A DNA stretch of 41,682 nt from Octopus bimaculoides (GCF_001194135.2 NC_068987.1:25371049-25412730), one strand, 5' to 3'; counted from the stretch's first letter, positions 12,290-25,162 are shown. The notes: a model not told the origin generated them from the sequence alone. Numbers and translations are program-made.

Positions 12290-12750
12290 GCTTTAGTTGA
12301 TTGCTACATATATATCTCTTCTTATCTAAGTAACTGCTACATAGACGTCATGTCTCATTAAGGTCACCGCTACATAGATGTCGTATCCTATCTAGGTGAC
12401 TGGTGTATGTACGTCTCACCTTATATTAGCGACTGCTCCATAGGTAACTCACTAGACTTACTAGTCAGTCGTTACATGTACATTCCGCTTGCAACATGGA
12501 ACCCTTGCCTCATGTACGTGATTACTGCTTAATATGCCTCGAATTTTTAAACAATTGCTGTATATCTGCCTCGACTTATCTGGAAGTGTGCTTGGTTAAC
12601 ACCTCACCTTATCTAAATGATTCATGCACCTCGTCTTATCGTAGTCTTATCCGAGTGACTGTTGCATAGATAGATGCCTGGCCTTTTCTGAATGGTTGCT
12701 ACATTGCTATTTCACTTTATCCGAGTAATTAGGCGGTTGCTATATAAACG
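12290..12750. repeat. Degenerate minisatellite, period about 33-34 bp
   Basis: Recurring GACTGCTACATAG...CTCRYCTTATCTAG-like units, e.g. TAACTGCTACATAGACGTC (12331), GTCACCGCTACATAGATGTC (12363), CGACTGCTCCATAGG (12430). Confidence 0.7.
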
Positions 12751-13441
12751 TTCAGCTTATATATAAGTAAGGGAAAGAATTCCCACTGTACATGCAGTCT
12801 TATGGAAAGGTATGTCAATATCTGTACAGTAGAATTTCTGCTGGAAATGGACATGCAGCGGATTAGAGATGTGTGTGTGTATGTGTATTTGAATGGATGT
12901 TGTTTGAGTGTGTAGTAGGGTGTGTAGTATGTAGAATGAATGTTGTTTGAGTGTGTAGTAGCTTGGTGCATGAAGAGTGCTTATTTTAGTCTGTTTGTGT
13001 GTATGTATGCTATTTATGCGAGTGAAAGTTGGAACGAATGTATGGAGGAAGCGGATGTTGGTAGGTATGTGTTTTCCTTGTGTGTTTGTCTGTGTCTGTA
13101 TCTGTGTATACGTGTACGAATAGTGCGTGTGTATTCGGTGCATAAATTTGAGTATTGGTGTGAGAATAGTGGATTCGTGTACGGTTTCTGAATGCGCACG
13201 TCAGAGAGTTCGTGTACGATTTATAATATGCATGTATACGTGTGTGCTAATCGAAGCAGGCAAGTATTGTGTTTGTGTGTTCGTCTAGGTAAGTAAGCAG
13301 TGAGTGTGTATGTACATACTTGCAACCAAAGCACGCGCATTAAACTGTCTTAACTAGTGTGTGCGTGTGTGTGTATTTATATACCTCACGGCCATTGTGT
13401 ACGTGAACACAATGGTTGTTTATAATGTGCACTTTCAAACA

Positions 13442-13479
<38 letters not shown>

Positions 13480-13545
13480 GCACATGTAAATGCTAGCGAG
13501 CGCAGTTTCTGTACATTTATATGATTACAACTGCTTTGTGTGTGT

Positions 13546-13589
<44 letters not shown>

Positions 13590-14200
13590 AATTTTCTCTG
13601 TGTTTCTGTGTCCTTACACCACCCATTGTCTTTGCGTGTATACATTTCTATTTTTTTTTTTTAATTCCATTTCATTTACTTACAACTTGTGTGGTGTGTT
13701 CGCATATGAGTATTCTTGTAAGTAAGTCTCCAAGAATTGAGTGCAAAATATTGTATGCGAATAAACGTGAATGGATTGCACGTGCATGTCCGGTAGCACA
13801 GTATTATGCACGCGCACGCGTGCATATGTATGCAGTCACATCAAAGCTTAGTATATACGGTCTCGCACAAATACACACACAGACACACATATATCTATAC
13901 AGACACGAATACACATACACGCATATTTACACACATGCATACAGGTTTCTATGTTTGTAGTTGTAGCTGGTGTATAAAATTAGTGCATAAATACAAGAAC
14001 CTGTGCGTTTTTGCTTCTATCTATAGATAAATAAATATGGTTATCTGAACTTCTGTGTGTCTATATATATATGCATGGATGCATTATGCATGACAACTGC
14101 ATGGATATATGCATATATTTGTGTGTACATATGCATCTCTCTCTCCCTTTCTGTGTGCATGTTTCTATGTATGTATATATACACAGATGCACATATATAT

Positions 14201-14257
<57 letters not shown>

Positions 14258-14460
14258 NNNNNNNNNNNNNNNNNNNNNNNNNNNNNNNNNNNNNNNNNNN
14301 NNNNNNNNNNNNNNNNNNNNNNNNNNNNNNNNNNNNNNNNNNNNNNNNNNNNNNNNNNNNNNNNNNNNNNNNNNNNNNNNNNNNNNNNNNNNNNNNNNNN
14401 NNNNNNNNNNNNNNNNNNNNNNNNNNNNNNNNNNNNNNNNNNNNNNNNNNNNNNNNNNNT

Positions 14461-14493
<33 letters not shown>

Positions 14494-14539
14494 CATGTAT
14501 ATTCATATGTGTATGTATTCATATACATGTGTGTGTATG

Positions 14540-14617
<78 letters not shown>

Positions 14618-14772
14618 CTGCATATGTATGTGTTAGGTATGGTTTGTAGCTTTAGAAATGTAGAAATGGTAAATGTGCCACACTACATATTTTTATTGCT
14701 GTGCATAGCAACATAGTGTCTTGAAGGAAATTTCAATATATGTAGTGTACGTGTGGTAGGGAGTGTGGTATG

Positions 14773-14970
14773 TGCGCATGCGCGTAGTGGATAATGCTTT
14801 CCCCTGTACACCATTGCTTATGACCGCTTCTTTCGCGTAGAGTAACTTGTACAGCGGTGCTGGTGGTGACGAGGGCAACTAAGAGGAAGGCCAGTCTAGA
14901 AAGAGGGGGGGGGTGAGGAGGCGTGGTGACTTGTGCTCACGTGATGTAGATCCGTGGTGTGTCACGTGAC
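14773..14970. promoter_or_regulatory. Candidate promoter/enhancer: NRF1-type palindrome plus two E-boxes
   Basis: TGCGCATGCGC 14773-14783, G-run near 14904-14913, TCACGTGA 14937-14944, GTCACGTGAC 14961-14970. Locally GC/CpG-richer and non-repetitive. Confidence 0.35.
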
Positions 14971-15756
14971 GAACATGGTATGCAGGAAGGCAACTTAACG
15001 TTTTGTCGAGGATGTGTGTGTCTGTGTGTGTTTGAATGCATGTATGTATATGTTAACGAACTCATAATATATTACTCACACTACGTGCGAAGAATGCGTT
15101 GAATATGCAAATCGGTCTTTCTGTTTTACTGAAGCTCTCAATATTTGTTCATTTATAACCAGTTTCTCAGTGAGCAGTTAAAGATGTAACTCATTCACTA
15201 ATGAAATGCCAACTCGGGATTGAAACTTTTTCGAACTGATACCGCCTGTTCTGTCCATGTTTACATGTATCTATTAATATGCAACTTTGGTTAGAATCAA
15301 TAGATATTTCCTATAGTACAGTGTAGCATTGAAGCAAGAAATGATTTGCATTATCTAATTGACTACAATCGCATTACTTTAAGTTTCACAGACGGGAGGA
15401 AAATCACTCCTGATCACACAGACGCCTTGTTCTCAGTGACAAGACTTCAACAGCTCCTTGTTATTGAATGAGTAGTGCTCTTTCTCATTGGCTGTTTTTG
15501 GTCACGCAGTGAGGTCGTAGCCGTCGATTACCAGCGATCAATTGCTGCTCATAGTTGACGAATGCTTTTTTACAAGCTTATCTATCTATCCCCACTTCTC
15601 TCTCCCCCTCTCTCTCTCTCTCTCTCTCCTCCCTCTCTCTCTCTCCCCCTCTCTCTCTCTCNNNNNNNNNNNNNNNNNNNNNNNNNNNNNNNNNNNNNNN
15701 NNNNNNNNNNNNNNNNNNNNNNNNNNNNNNNNNNNNNNNNNNNNNNNNNNNNNNNN

Positions 15757-15795
<39 letters not shown>

Positions 15796-15804
15796 TAACA
15801 TAAT

Positions 15805-15870
15805 TGGCTGCGTGGTAAGAAGCTAGCTTCTTAACCTGATGGTTCCGAGTTGTTTTGGGCACGCTTCCAT
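15805..15870 (+). mobile_element. Family B-type tRNA head fragment
   Basis: TGGCTGCGTGGTAAGAAGCTAGCTTCTTAACC...GGTTCCGAGTT matches the head at 39508-39560. Confidence 0.6.
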
Positions 15871-16152
15871 GTCTGGGTGATTTGTTGCCCTTGAACAGTC
15901 GGGTGCTGATACAGCCCCCTTCTTCCTCAAGCTGTCACATCCTGGATATTACGCCACACCAAGGATGAAGCGGCCGATAAAGTATCTGTGTCTGCTCGCG
16001 ACTACATAGGTCCCTAAAACAATTAGCGGAAGTATCGTGTATATTATCAAGCCATATACGCTCGCGAATGATGGTTAACTGTATTAAAGTTTTATACTAA
16101 CTCCAAGTAATTTTCATATAGGATTTGAATTCACAACTACAAAATAATGGTT

Positions 16153-16335
16153 TTTAATTTTGGCACAAGACCAGTAATTCTAAAGCCAGGTGAGTTAATA
16201 GATTACGTTGCCTAACTTGTACTCGAAAGGAGGAAAAGCACTGACGTCAGCGGAATTTGAACCCAGAACGTTAAAAAAAAACCCAGAAGAAATGCCGCTC
16301 AGCATTTTGTCCGACTTATTAGTAAATTTTCCACC
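16153..16335 (-). mobile_element. Degraded family A SINE
   Basis: TTTTGGCACAAGACCAG tail, GCGGAATTTGAACCCAGAACG (B-box, reverse strand), GCATTTTGTCCGAC. Confidence 0.7.
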
Positions 16336-17395
16336 TCATCATGAGTTTCTATAGATTTTGAGCTGTTTTTCTGGTTTTTATCATCACCCTGTAGGGTGTC
16401 CAAAAGTCACCCTCCTACCCAAAGAAGCACATATATTAAAAACATACATACCACTGCTGGTACATTGACAAAAGCCTTTGGGTCGGCGGAAACTTGTGTA
16501 AGCTTCGGTAAATGGGTACAGTGGGGAAACTCTGAGGAGTGGCTAATGCCGTTCTTACGTCATTGACTTAAATTGTCACCTGGCTTAACATCAGCACCTG
16601 GCCATTAGACTGTTTTAGCTGAGTGTTTATTGTTACAAGCATTCACCTATTTGAGGAAACCTTCCTTTGTCTTCTCAGAGAAAGTGAAATGATTTATACA
16701 TTTTACGCTATCTTGTGAACCTCCCGCCGATATTAACTTGCACTTTTCATCCTTACGATGGTCGATAAAGAAAGTATTGGTAAAGTACTAGGTTCGATTT
16801 AATCGATTATATCGATGTAATAAATTTGTAGTTTTGTGACCGTGCCCGAGTTGTATTTGAAATACGTCGCTCCAAGTTAATGAAATTCGTCAATTTGACT
16901 TGTAAAGTGTGGATGTACCGATGATTGATACATATTTGCAACGAAGTAGATTTGGTCAGCGATAATTCTGAGTTTGGGATATAAGTTCAGTAAAAAAAAA
17001 ACTAAATGTCAAGGATAAAAATTTTCGGCTGGTAGTTCAGCATTTGGCCGGAATAATGAATGTACACTACTGTACATGTTAACCATATTCTTCCTCTTTG
17101 TACAGAATGCTTCCAGTGTAATTCTTCCCCTCCATACACCACCGTCGATAATAAAGGAAGAGAGAAAGGGGTCTGCGTATTCTTTAATGGTCTCCTCTTA
17201 CTTCCGGTTTATATTGCAAATATTTGCTTTCGCTGCAAATAAAGCAAAGTTCTTTATAAACTTTAACCTTTTCTCTAAAAGGTTTCGGCTTTAATTATCA
17301 AAATAACCTTGACACCGTCCTTCCAATACATCTCCCATCGTCTTTCTCTTTCTATCTCTTTCTCTCTATATACTTCTTTCTGCCGTTTTCCCTTA

Positions 17396-17426
<31 letters not shown>

Positions 17427-17490
17427 CTTCCCCTTCTCCTCTTAACATTTCCATTCTTGTTCATTTCTCTTCTTTCTATCCATCCATCCA

Positions 17491-17531
<41 letters not shown>

Positions 17532-17644
17532 TTGTGCTAAATATTTCTATCTTTCCATTGTTCTCTCATCTTATCTTTTATTCTTCATTTCTCCATATCC
17601 TTCCCGTTAGAGCCAAAACGACGAACTACATTCCACCACATAGC

Positions 17645-17723
17645 TATTTGAGTACTTAGAAACTTATTTGAGTACTTAGAAACTTATTTGAGTACTTAGA
17701 AACTATTTGAGTACCTAGAAACT
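17645..17723. repeat. 20-bp tandem repeat TATTTGAGTACTTAGAAACT x4
   Basis: Two perfect units, one unit 1 bp shorter, one with a T>C change. Confidence 0.95.
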
Positions 17724-17924
17724 GCTAAATGTTGTTACACACATCTACCCTGGTACATTATCGCGTTGTACTCCGCTCACCGAATTACCGCTTTCCTATT
17801 TTAGTTCATTCAGATTTTTGTGCGTCGACCCATTAACTAAATTTCGATTCTGAATTAACGCCTCTACAGTTGTTTGGTTGGTACAAGTATTGTTTCAAAT
17901 TTACCTTTTTATAGACGTGGTATA

Positions 17925-18070
17925 TGGACGCAGTCGTTAAGTTTGTGTAGCAATTATGAGGTGCCATGTTTGACCTCACCTCGTGATATTTTGGACAAAA
18001 GTGTCTTTTAGCATAAGCCCGAGTCTATCCAAGCCTTGTGAGTTAGACTTAATTATACGATATCTGCGTG
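17925..18070 (+). mobile_element. Degraded 5' half of a family B SINE
   Basis: TTGGACAAAAGTGTCTTT...CCAAGCCTTGTGAGT corresponds to family B GGCAAGTGTCTTC...CCAAAGCCTTGTGAGT. Confidence 0.55.
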
Positions 18071-18686
18071 ATACCCCGTCGGGTGGATTGTATTTGTAAT
18101 ACAAAGGTCAAATTAAAAAAAAAACTCTGAGTTGTCAGTGGGGTCGCTCAGTCACACGTTAATTTAACGAGCAATTCAGATGAACGAATAATGATATAGT
18201 CATCGTTGAACTCGATGCAAGACCCATTACGTGGCCTTAATTATTTATTGTGCTCACCATATTACTGAGTTAGATGCTTACTCTACAGTCAAGTTATAAT
18301 GGTTTGGTCTTAGTTTTGATTTTCTTGTCAGTTGATCAAGTCAGGTAACTCGTATTTTCTTTATCGACCTCTGTGTTATGAAAAGCGAAGACGACTCTGA
18401 CTGGATTTCATCTCAGAGCACAGAGGAGAATGAGTACGTTGGTTTATTTATCTCGCTGTTATATATATATATATATATATATTTTTCATGTCCTTCTCAT
18501 TCTACCAACTTGCTGCACTTCACTAGTTATTATTATAAAATAGTACTGAAAGATTTATCACTTTGACATTTTCACCAGTTGAGCGAAATTTATCGGAATG
18601 ACATTCTGGAACATATTACCCCATTATCGTGAATTGAAATATGTGAGAATTAGAGGTCATAATTGGGTTCCTTTGAGGATTAGGAT

Positions 18687-18813
<127 letters not shown>

Positions 18814-18980
18814 TTTATTCCTCTCACATCCTGCAACATTATCATAAATAAATGTTTATATAGAATCAAGTTGGTATCGAGGTCTTTTGGAGCTAAGGCA
18901 GTAAATGTTTTCTCATTTTCATCAAATCATGATAAACTACCAAAACGAGGATAATATCTCTGCGTTTCGAAATATAAGGC

Positions 18981-19011
18981 TAATAATAATAATAATAGTA
19001 ATAATAATAAC

Positions 19012-19044
<33 letters not shown>
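18981..19044. repeat. (AAT)n microsatellite
   Basis: Direct reading. Confidence 0.9.
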
Positions 19045-19048
<4 letters not shown>

Positions 19049-19059
19049 GTTGGTGTTGT

Positions 19060-19405
19060 GGAATGATTTAGCCATCTCTGAGTTCAAACCCTGTTCAGAT
19101 TGACATTAACTTTCATCCTTCCGAGGTTTTAATTACTGAAGTCGATATAATCGACCGTTCTCTTTCATACCACTACAGAAAGATTTCTGGCCTTACGGTC
19201 GATGTAAGAATTAAGAATTTCCAACATAAGTACAAGGACAGAGATTTCAAAAGGATTGCTATCGACAATAGAAGCCCGTACTTGAATGGCACTTTATTTT
19301 TCGATCTCAGAAGGATTAAAGGTAAAGTTGATCTCATTGATTTCGGCAAGATTTGATCTCAGAACCGAAACTACTATCACAAAGCATTTTGATTCAGCCA
19401 ATGCG
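19060..19405. mobile_element. Two degraded family A fragments in opposite orientation (+ about 19060-19215, - about 19255-19405)
   Basis: TGAGTTCAAACCC...ACTTTCATCCTTCCGAGG on +. GAAGGATTAAAGGTAAAGTTGATCTC...GATTTGATCTCAGAAC is the reverse-strand core. Confidence 0.6.
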
Positions 19406-19876
19406 GGAATAAACACGCGCGTGAGCATCCTAATATTAATAACGTGTATATATATGTATGTATATATTTACGTGTATATATATATATATANNNNNNNNNN
19501 NNNNNNNNNNNNNNNNNNNNNNNNNNNNNNNNNNNNNNNNNNNNNNNNNNNNNNNNNNNNNNNNNNNNNNNNNNNNNNNNNNNNNNNNNNNNNNNNNNNN
19601 NNNNNNNNNNNNNNNNNNNNNNNNNNNNNNNNNNNNNNNNNNNNNNNNNNNNNNNNNNNNNNNNNNNNNNNNNNNNNNNNNNNNNNNNNNNNNNNNNNNN
19701 NNNNNNNNNNNNNNNNNNNNNNNNNNNNNNNNNNNNNNNNNNNNNNNNNNNNNNNNNNNNNNNNNNNNNNNNNNNNNNNNNNNNNNNNNNNNNNNNNNNN
19801 NNNNNNNNNNNNNNNNNNNNNNNNNNNNNNNNNNNNNNNNNNNNNNNNNNNNNNNNNNNNNNNNNNNNNNNNNNNN

Positions 19877-19924
<48 letters not shown>

Positions 19925-19956
19925 GTGTGTGTATATATATATATATATAGGTGCTA

Positions 19957-20092
19957 GTTCCGGGTTCAGTCCCACTTCGGCAAAAGATATTAAGCTTTGA
20001 AATAATAAGTCCTGGGGTCGATTTCTTCGACTAAAGGCGGTGCTCTAACATAGCTGCAGTCAAATGACTGAAACAAGTATAAGAATAAAAGA
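19957..20092 (+). mobile_element. Internally deleted family B SINE
   Basis: B-box GGGTTCAGTCCCACT is joined directly to TCGGCAAAAGA of the 3' part, followed by a normal family B tail. Confidence 0.8.
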
Positions 20093-20260
20093 AGATACAC
20101 GTGTATATATGTATGTATATAATACATATGTATATCCATGTATGTTTAAGTATATATTTACTTATATTGATGTTGCATGCATATAAATATATATATAACT
20201 CTAAGTACATGTATGCACATATAGAAGTAGATAAAAACAATTAGGCTTGACACATATATA

Positions 20261-20337
<77 letters not shown>

Positions 20338-21344
20338 TGCTTGCATGCATGTACAAGTATGTTTATCATAATCTAGACATAGGAGATAACATGTCCCTCA
20401 TTTTCATTTTGTAACATGGCTTCTTTTTCTTGTTTCTCACTTTTATACGGCCTCCTTTTCTGTCTCTTTTCTGTTATCTCCCTTTCCCAAACATCCGTTC
20501 TACACATGCACACACACGTGTACAGACATCTTTCTTACTGACATTTTCGTTATTGTCTGGTTTCTTCCACTTTCTAAAAAAATTTCGTGTTGTTTGTAGA
20601 AAGAAAAATCCAAAATAATGATTCCTTCCATTGGCACAAGGCCACTCAAAGAATTTAAATATTAGAATAGCATGGAAGAACTTAGCATATTTCATCTAAT
20701 AGTATATTCTTTTCGAACTAATTAGGAAAATAAAACGTCGTTGTGCATTTCACAGGCTGCAATAATTTTATATACGTCATAGTTATTTTTAGTGTTTTGT
20801 GAGTCGTCAAAAATGCATCATTATTAAATAAGTTTCATAGACTGTTATAAGTAGCATTTGCCTATAGAACAATGCTGAACGTTGAAGAGTATTTGATTGG
20901 ATTACAATATGGAGTTTCGACTGCTGTATATAATGTAAAATTATAGCATTTAAAGTACTCTTGTGTATTTGGTGCATCTATCATAACCGGAAAGGAATTG
21001 GATTATAAAATGAATGTATGTCGAATAAAAATGATTGAAAGTATTGAAATAGACAAAGGCTTCTGAAAACATAAAACCAAGATGACCTGTTGTCCATAAT
21101 ACAGATTGTCATTTTGTATGTATGCATGTATGTATGTATGTATGTATGTATGTAGGTAGGTAGGTAGGTAGGTAGGTAAGTATGTGTGTGTGTGCGAGGA
21201 ATACGATCAAATGGGTATAAGAGTGGAAAACTTTGTCGCAGTTTAGTTTAGAGTAAGGAACGCAATACAATAACTAATATCCCAGTAAATCAAATTCAGC
21301 GACATGATTTTCTGATCTTACATTTAACTATTTATCTATTATGT

Positions 21345-21534
21345 TTCATTTTTGGTTCAGTCATCCGGACCGCGGTCATGCTGGGGCAGCGTCTTCAAGC
21401 GTTCAGTCGAACAAATCGACCCTAGTGCTGATTTTTAAGTTTGGTGTTCTCTCGGTTTCTATTGCCGAACTGCTCAGTTACAAGGACGTGAACAAACCAA
21501 CGCCGTTTATTAAGCGGTGGTGAAGAAGAAATAC

Positions 21535-21572
<38 letters not shown>

Positions 21573-21577
21573 TACAC

Positions 21578-21614
<37 letters not shown>

Positions 21615-21736
21615 CACTACAGGCTTCTTTCGGTTTCTGGTTACAGATCAACCCACAAGGTGCCGCAATGTGGAACGGAACCTAAGACCACATGGTTGGG
21701 GTGCAAGCTTCTGTACCACACAACCACACCTGCGCC
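21345..21736 (-). mobile_element. Family B SINE with internal microsatellite and a short internal deletion
   Basis: Head CCACACAACCACACCTGCGCC at the right end, (CA)n(TA)n core, tail at the left end. Confidence 0.8.
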
Positions 21737-21907
21737 TGTATTTTATTTCCTTCAAAAAGGATCAAACATGGCTATAAGCACAATTTTGCTTCCTACCTTC
21801 CTCTTATAAATTTGTATTTTTAAGAGGAATATTTATGCTTGGATTTCCTAAGTTGATTTGGACATCAGAATGCTTTCTCTTTTTTGACTGGAATATAGTG
21901 CCTTTAA

Positions 21908-22150
21908 TGTGTGTGTGCGTGTGTGTGTTTGTGTTTCTGTTTGTCCTCCATTGCTGCTTGACAACCGGTATTAGTTAATGTCTCTGTAACATAGCGGCTC
22001 GTTACGAGGAACGGATAAAAGAAGTACCAGTTTTTTTTTTAAATAATAATAAAAATAAGCACTAGGGTCGACTCGTTTGATTTAAACCCTTCAAGGTGGT
22101 ACCCCAGCACGGTCGCAATCTAATGACTGGAACAGTTTAAAGATAGAAGA
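21908..22150 (+). mobile_element. Family B SINE, 3' half, diverged
   Basis: GTTTGTCCTCC...GCTTGACAACCGG...GGGTCGACTCGTTTGA...CCCCAGCACGGTCGCA...TAATGACTGGAACA. Confidence 0.75.
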
Positions 22151-22347
22151 TAAATATCTTTAATGATGTATTCTGCTCAACAACGGTAATGGAGACGACT
22201 CAGTTATCCCAATTAGTTGAATATTTGAATGGAGGGAATGCATTGGAAAATACGGTGACAACTGCAGACATGTTTATTTCTTGCTGGTCTTCATCAGTGC
22301 AGCATAGTCCTACAAATACTTATCAGATCGTTGATGAATAAGAGATA

Positions 22348-22773
22348 TACTCTTTACTCTCTCTTTTACTCTTTTACTTGTTTCAGTCATTTCACTGTGG
22401 CCATGCTGGAGCACCGCCTTTAGTCGAGCAAATCGACCCCAGGACTTATTCTTTGTAAGCCTAGTACTTATTCTATCGGTCTCTTTTGCCGAACCGCTAA
22501 GTTACGGGGACGTAAACACACCACCATCGGTTGTCAAGCGATGTTGGGGGGACAGACACAGACACACAAACATATACACACATACATATACATATATATA
22601 TACATATATACGACGGGCTTCTTTCAGTTTCCGTCTACCAGATCCACTCACAAGGCTTTGGTCGATCCAAGGCTATAGTAGAAGACACTTGCCCAAGATG
22701 CCACGCAGTGGGACTGAACCCAGAGCCATGTGGTTGGTAAGCAAGCTACTTACCACACAGCCACTCCGACGCC
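22348..22773 (-). mobile_element. Full-length, low-divergence family B SINE
   Basis: Complete head with A-box TGGCTGTGTGG and B-box GGGTTCAGTCCC on the minus strand, internal microsatellite, (AGTAAAAG)-type tail. Confidence 0.92.
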
Positions 22774-24392
22774 TATCAATATTTTGAGTGAAAAGAGGTG
22801 ACAATTATTCAAGGATGTCTTAAGTATGATATAGTATTAACTTATAATGCAAGCTCAAAATAGGCAGCCACTATACAACAATATTGACTTAAATAAGATA
22901 AGCTCTGTATTCAGCATACAAGATCAAAATAGCCACGATAACATTAAACGCAAGTATTCAACAAAGTGGAAACTTTTGATATGATAATAAAATCTACTTC
23001 AAATTATACTCAGCCGTCTTTAACAAAATTAAAGGTCTCATCATAAAATGTAGTTCGGGGTACATTGTCCACGGAAAGGGGGCGGGTGGTTTATGATAGG
23101 AAAGCCTTTGGCGTCAGATCTGTCTAAACAGGGCTGAGTTGTAGCTAATCAGCTACTACGCGATGTCCAAGTGACAAGATTATAGTCCGTGTAGGCAAAA
23201 GTTTGTTCAGTGTATCTGAAATAGAAATACATGGAAATGTTAGAATAAAGATTACATTGTTTGCGTTATCCATTTTAAAGATTATATATCTATAATAGAC
23301 TGCTAATACACATACATTGATAAAATCATTGGAAACGGTGTTAGCATATTTGTACTTTGCTCATTTTCATTATTGTGGCTGATGTCGTCGTCGTCGCCGT
23401 CGCCGTCGTCGTTTCCGTCAGCTTCATAATCTCTGTCATCATCAACGCTATCTTATTAAGCAGAGCTAAAATGTCAGGCACCTACACCTAAACCTTTGAA
23501 AACTTGGGATATTTGCCCAGAAAATGTTTGCTTCATTAAGCCTTATAGAAAATCAAACATAATTTGTTATGCTTATTGACAAATTTAACCGTGTCAGTAC
23601 AGAGATGGTTCTTTCGCTCTTTTGGAAAAAAAGATCTAATTTTTAAAATGGCTGTGTATTTTCAGAAGTAATTCAAATATAATTTCCTATAATGCTGTGA
23701 AAATTAAGGATAAAAATTTCTAAAAAGGAGGCGTCCGCTCACATAATTAGGTAAAAACGAAGACGTATTTATGACCAAAAGATCTTTTTGTCACTAAACT
23801 CTATGAAAATTAGGTAATTATTTTAGAGAATACTGGCTAAATTATCAAACAAGTCTTTCATTGACTTGTGGCTGAGGGAACACGAAGTACTACCCAGTAT
23901 GTATTTCACTGGATAAATCTTATGATAGATGAACATAGTATTATTATGATCCACTGAGTAATTCAGCCTTTTAATCCAACATAAATTCGAGACGATATAT
24001 AACCCTGATCGATTTGAGTTAGTTTGCTTCGAGATAGTTTTAGATTTTGCTTCCTTCTCATTTGTACTTAAACAAAATTAGGTCATTCTGTAGCTATGAA
24101 AAGACTGACGATTCGATTTTAGATCTTGTGTATTTTGCTTCTTTTTCTTTTTCTTTGTTTTTCTTTTTTCCTGCTTCTAGTTTTCTTCTTTACTGTTTCA
24201 ATTTCGTATCATTGCAGTTCTGTGTTTATCACCAGACATAGTTTTAAGCTTATTATTTTCAACTTCGCTTGATTGTTAATTATGAATCGATGTATTGACT
24301 TGAAGTAGGACTCAAAAGTAAAAAAAGAAAAATGAAAAAGAGGAAAACAACAGAAGCTTCTCTCGAGAACAAATTCCTTTCAGCATTTTTTT

Positions 24393-24787
24393 CTTTTATT
24401 CTTTATCTTTTACTTGCTTCAATCATTTGACTGCGGCCATGCTGGGGCACCGCCTTGAAGAATTTTTAGTCGAATGAATAGACCCTAGTACCTTTTTTAA
24501 GCTTGGTACTCATTCTATTGGAATATTTTGCCGAACCGCTAAGTTACGAGGTCGTGAACACACCAACACCGGATGTCAAGTGGTAGTGGGGGACAAACGC
24601 AAATACACACACACACGCACGAATATATATATATATATACATGACGGGTTCTTTCAGTTTCCGTCTACCAACAAATCCACTAACAAGGCTTTGGTTAGCC
24701 TGAGGCTATAATAGAGGACAGTTGCCCAAGGTTCCACGCAGTGGGACTGAACCCAGGACCATGTGGTTGGGAAGCAAACGTCTTAAC
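24393..24787 (-). mobile_element. Family B SINE, near full length
   Basis: Colinear with 22348-22773, more diverged, lacking the extreme 5' end. Confidence 0.88.
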
Positions 24788-25162
24788 GTATTTTAGAAAC
24801 AAAGAACACCGCTGGTTGGATTATTAACCGTCTATTACTAGTATTTACATTCTTGATACTACGAGGATAACAAGCAAACACTGGTTCAGTTATGATATCG
24901 TGAATATTCATAAATTAAATCGATGTGTTTAAACAAACCTGCAAAAGAATCTCTGACCTGTGTAATGTAAAGTAGCATAAGGTTTCAGCTGCGATCTGGT
25001 TGTTGATGACCCACCCCGTAAGTTAGTTGATAGAATAAATCCTATTTACAATTTGATAACTCGCCAAAATGGATGAAATCACAATTTGTGAAGTTTCAGT
25101 TTAAAATGTGTGTGCATGTGTGTGTGTGTAATGTAGGCATATATCTTTCTCTCTCCCTCACC

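Noticed and set aside
16390-16415. Mariner-like TIR start (TAGGGTGTCCAAAAGTCACC)
   Set aside because: No matching inverted partner found nearby.
17645-17723. CRISPR-like direct repeats (also 33104-33191)
   Set aside because: Units are contiguous with no spacers, there are no cas genes, and the context is eukaryotic.
18378-18433. Possible upstream coding exon MKSEDDSDWISSQSTEENE with GTACGT donor
   Set aside because: Splicing to the 29711 acceptor hits TAA at 29733 before the HTH ATG. No other support.
22531-22740. Recurrent ORF MSSDVGGT...(also 38583, 38830, 39457) suggesting a gene family
   Set aside because: These are antisense translations of family B SINE copies.
23370-23450. Acidic minus-strand peptide VDDDRDYEADGNDDGDGDDDD
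   Set aside because: A short (GTC/GAC)n triplet tract with no splice or homology support.
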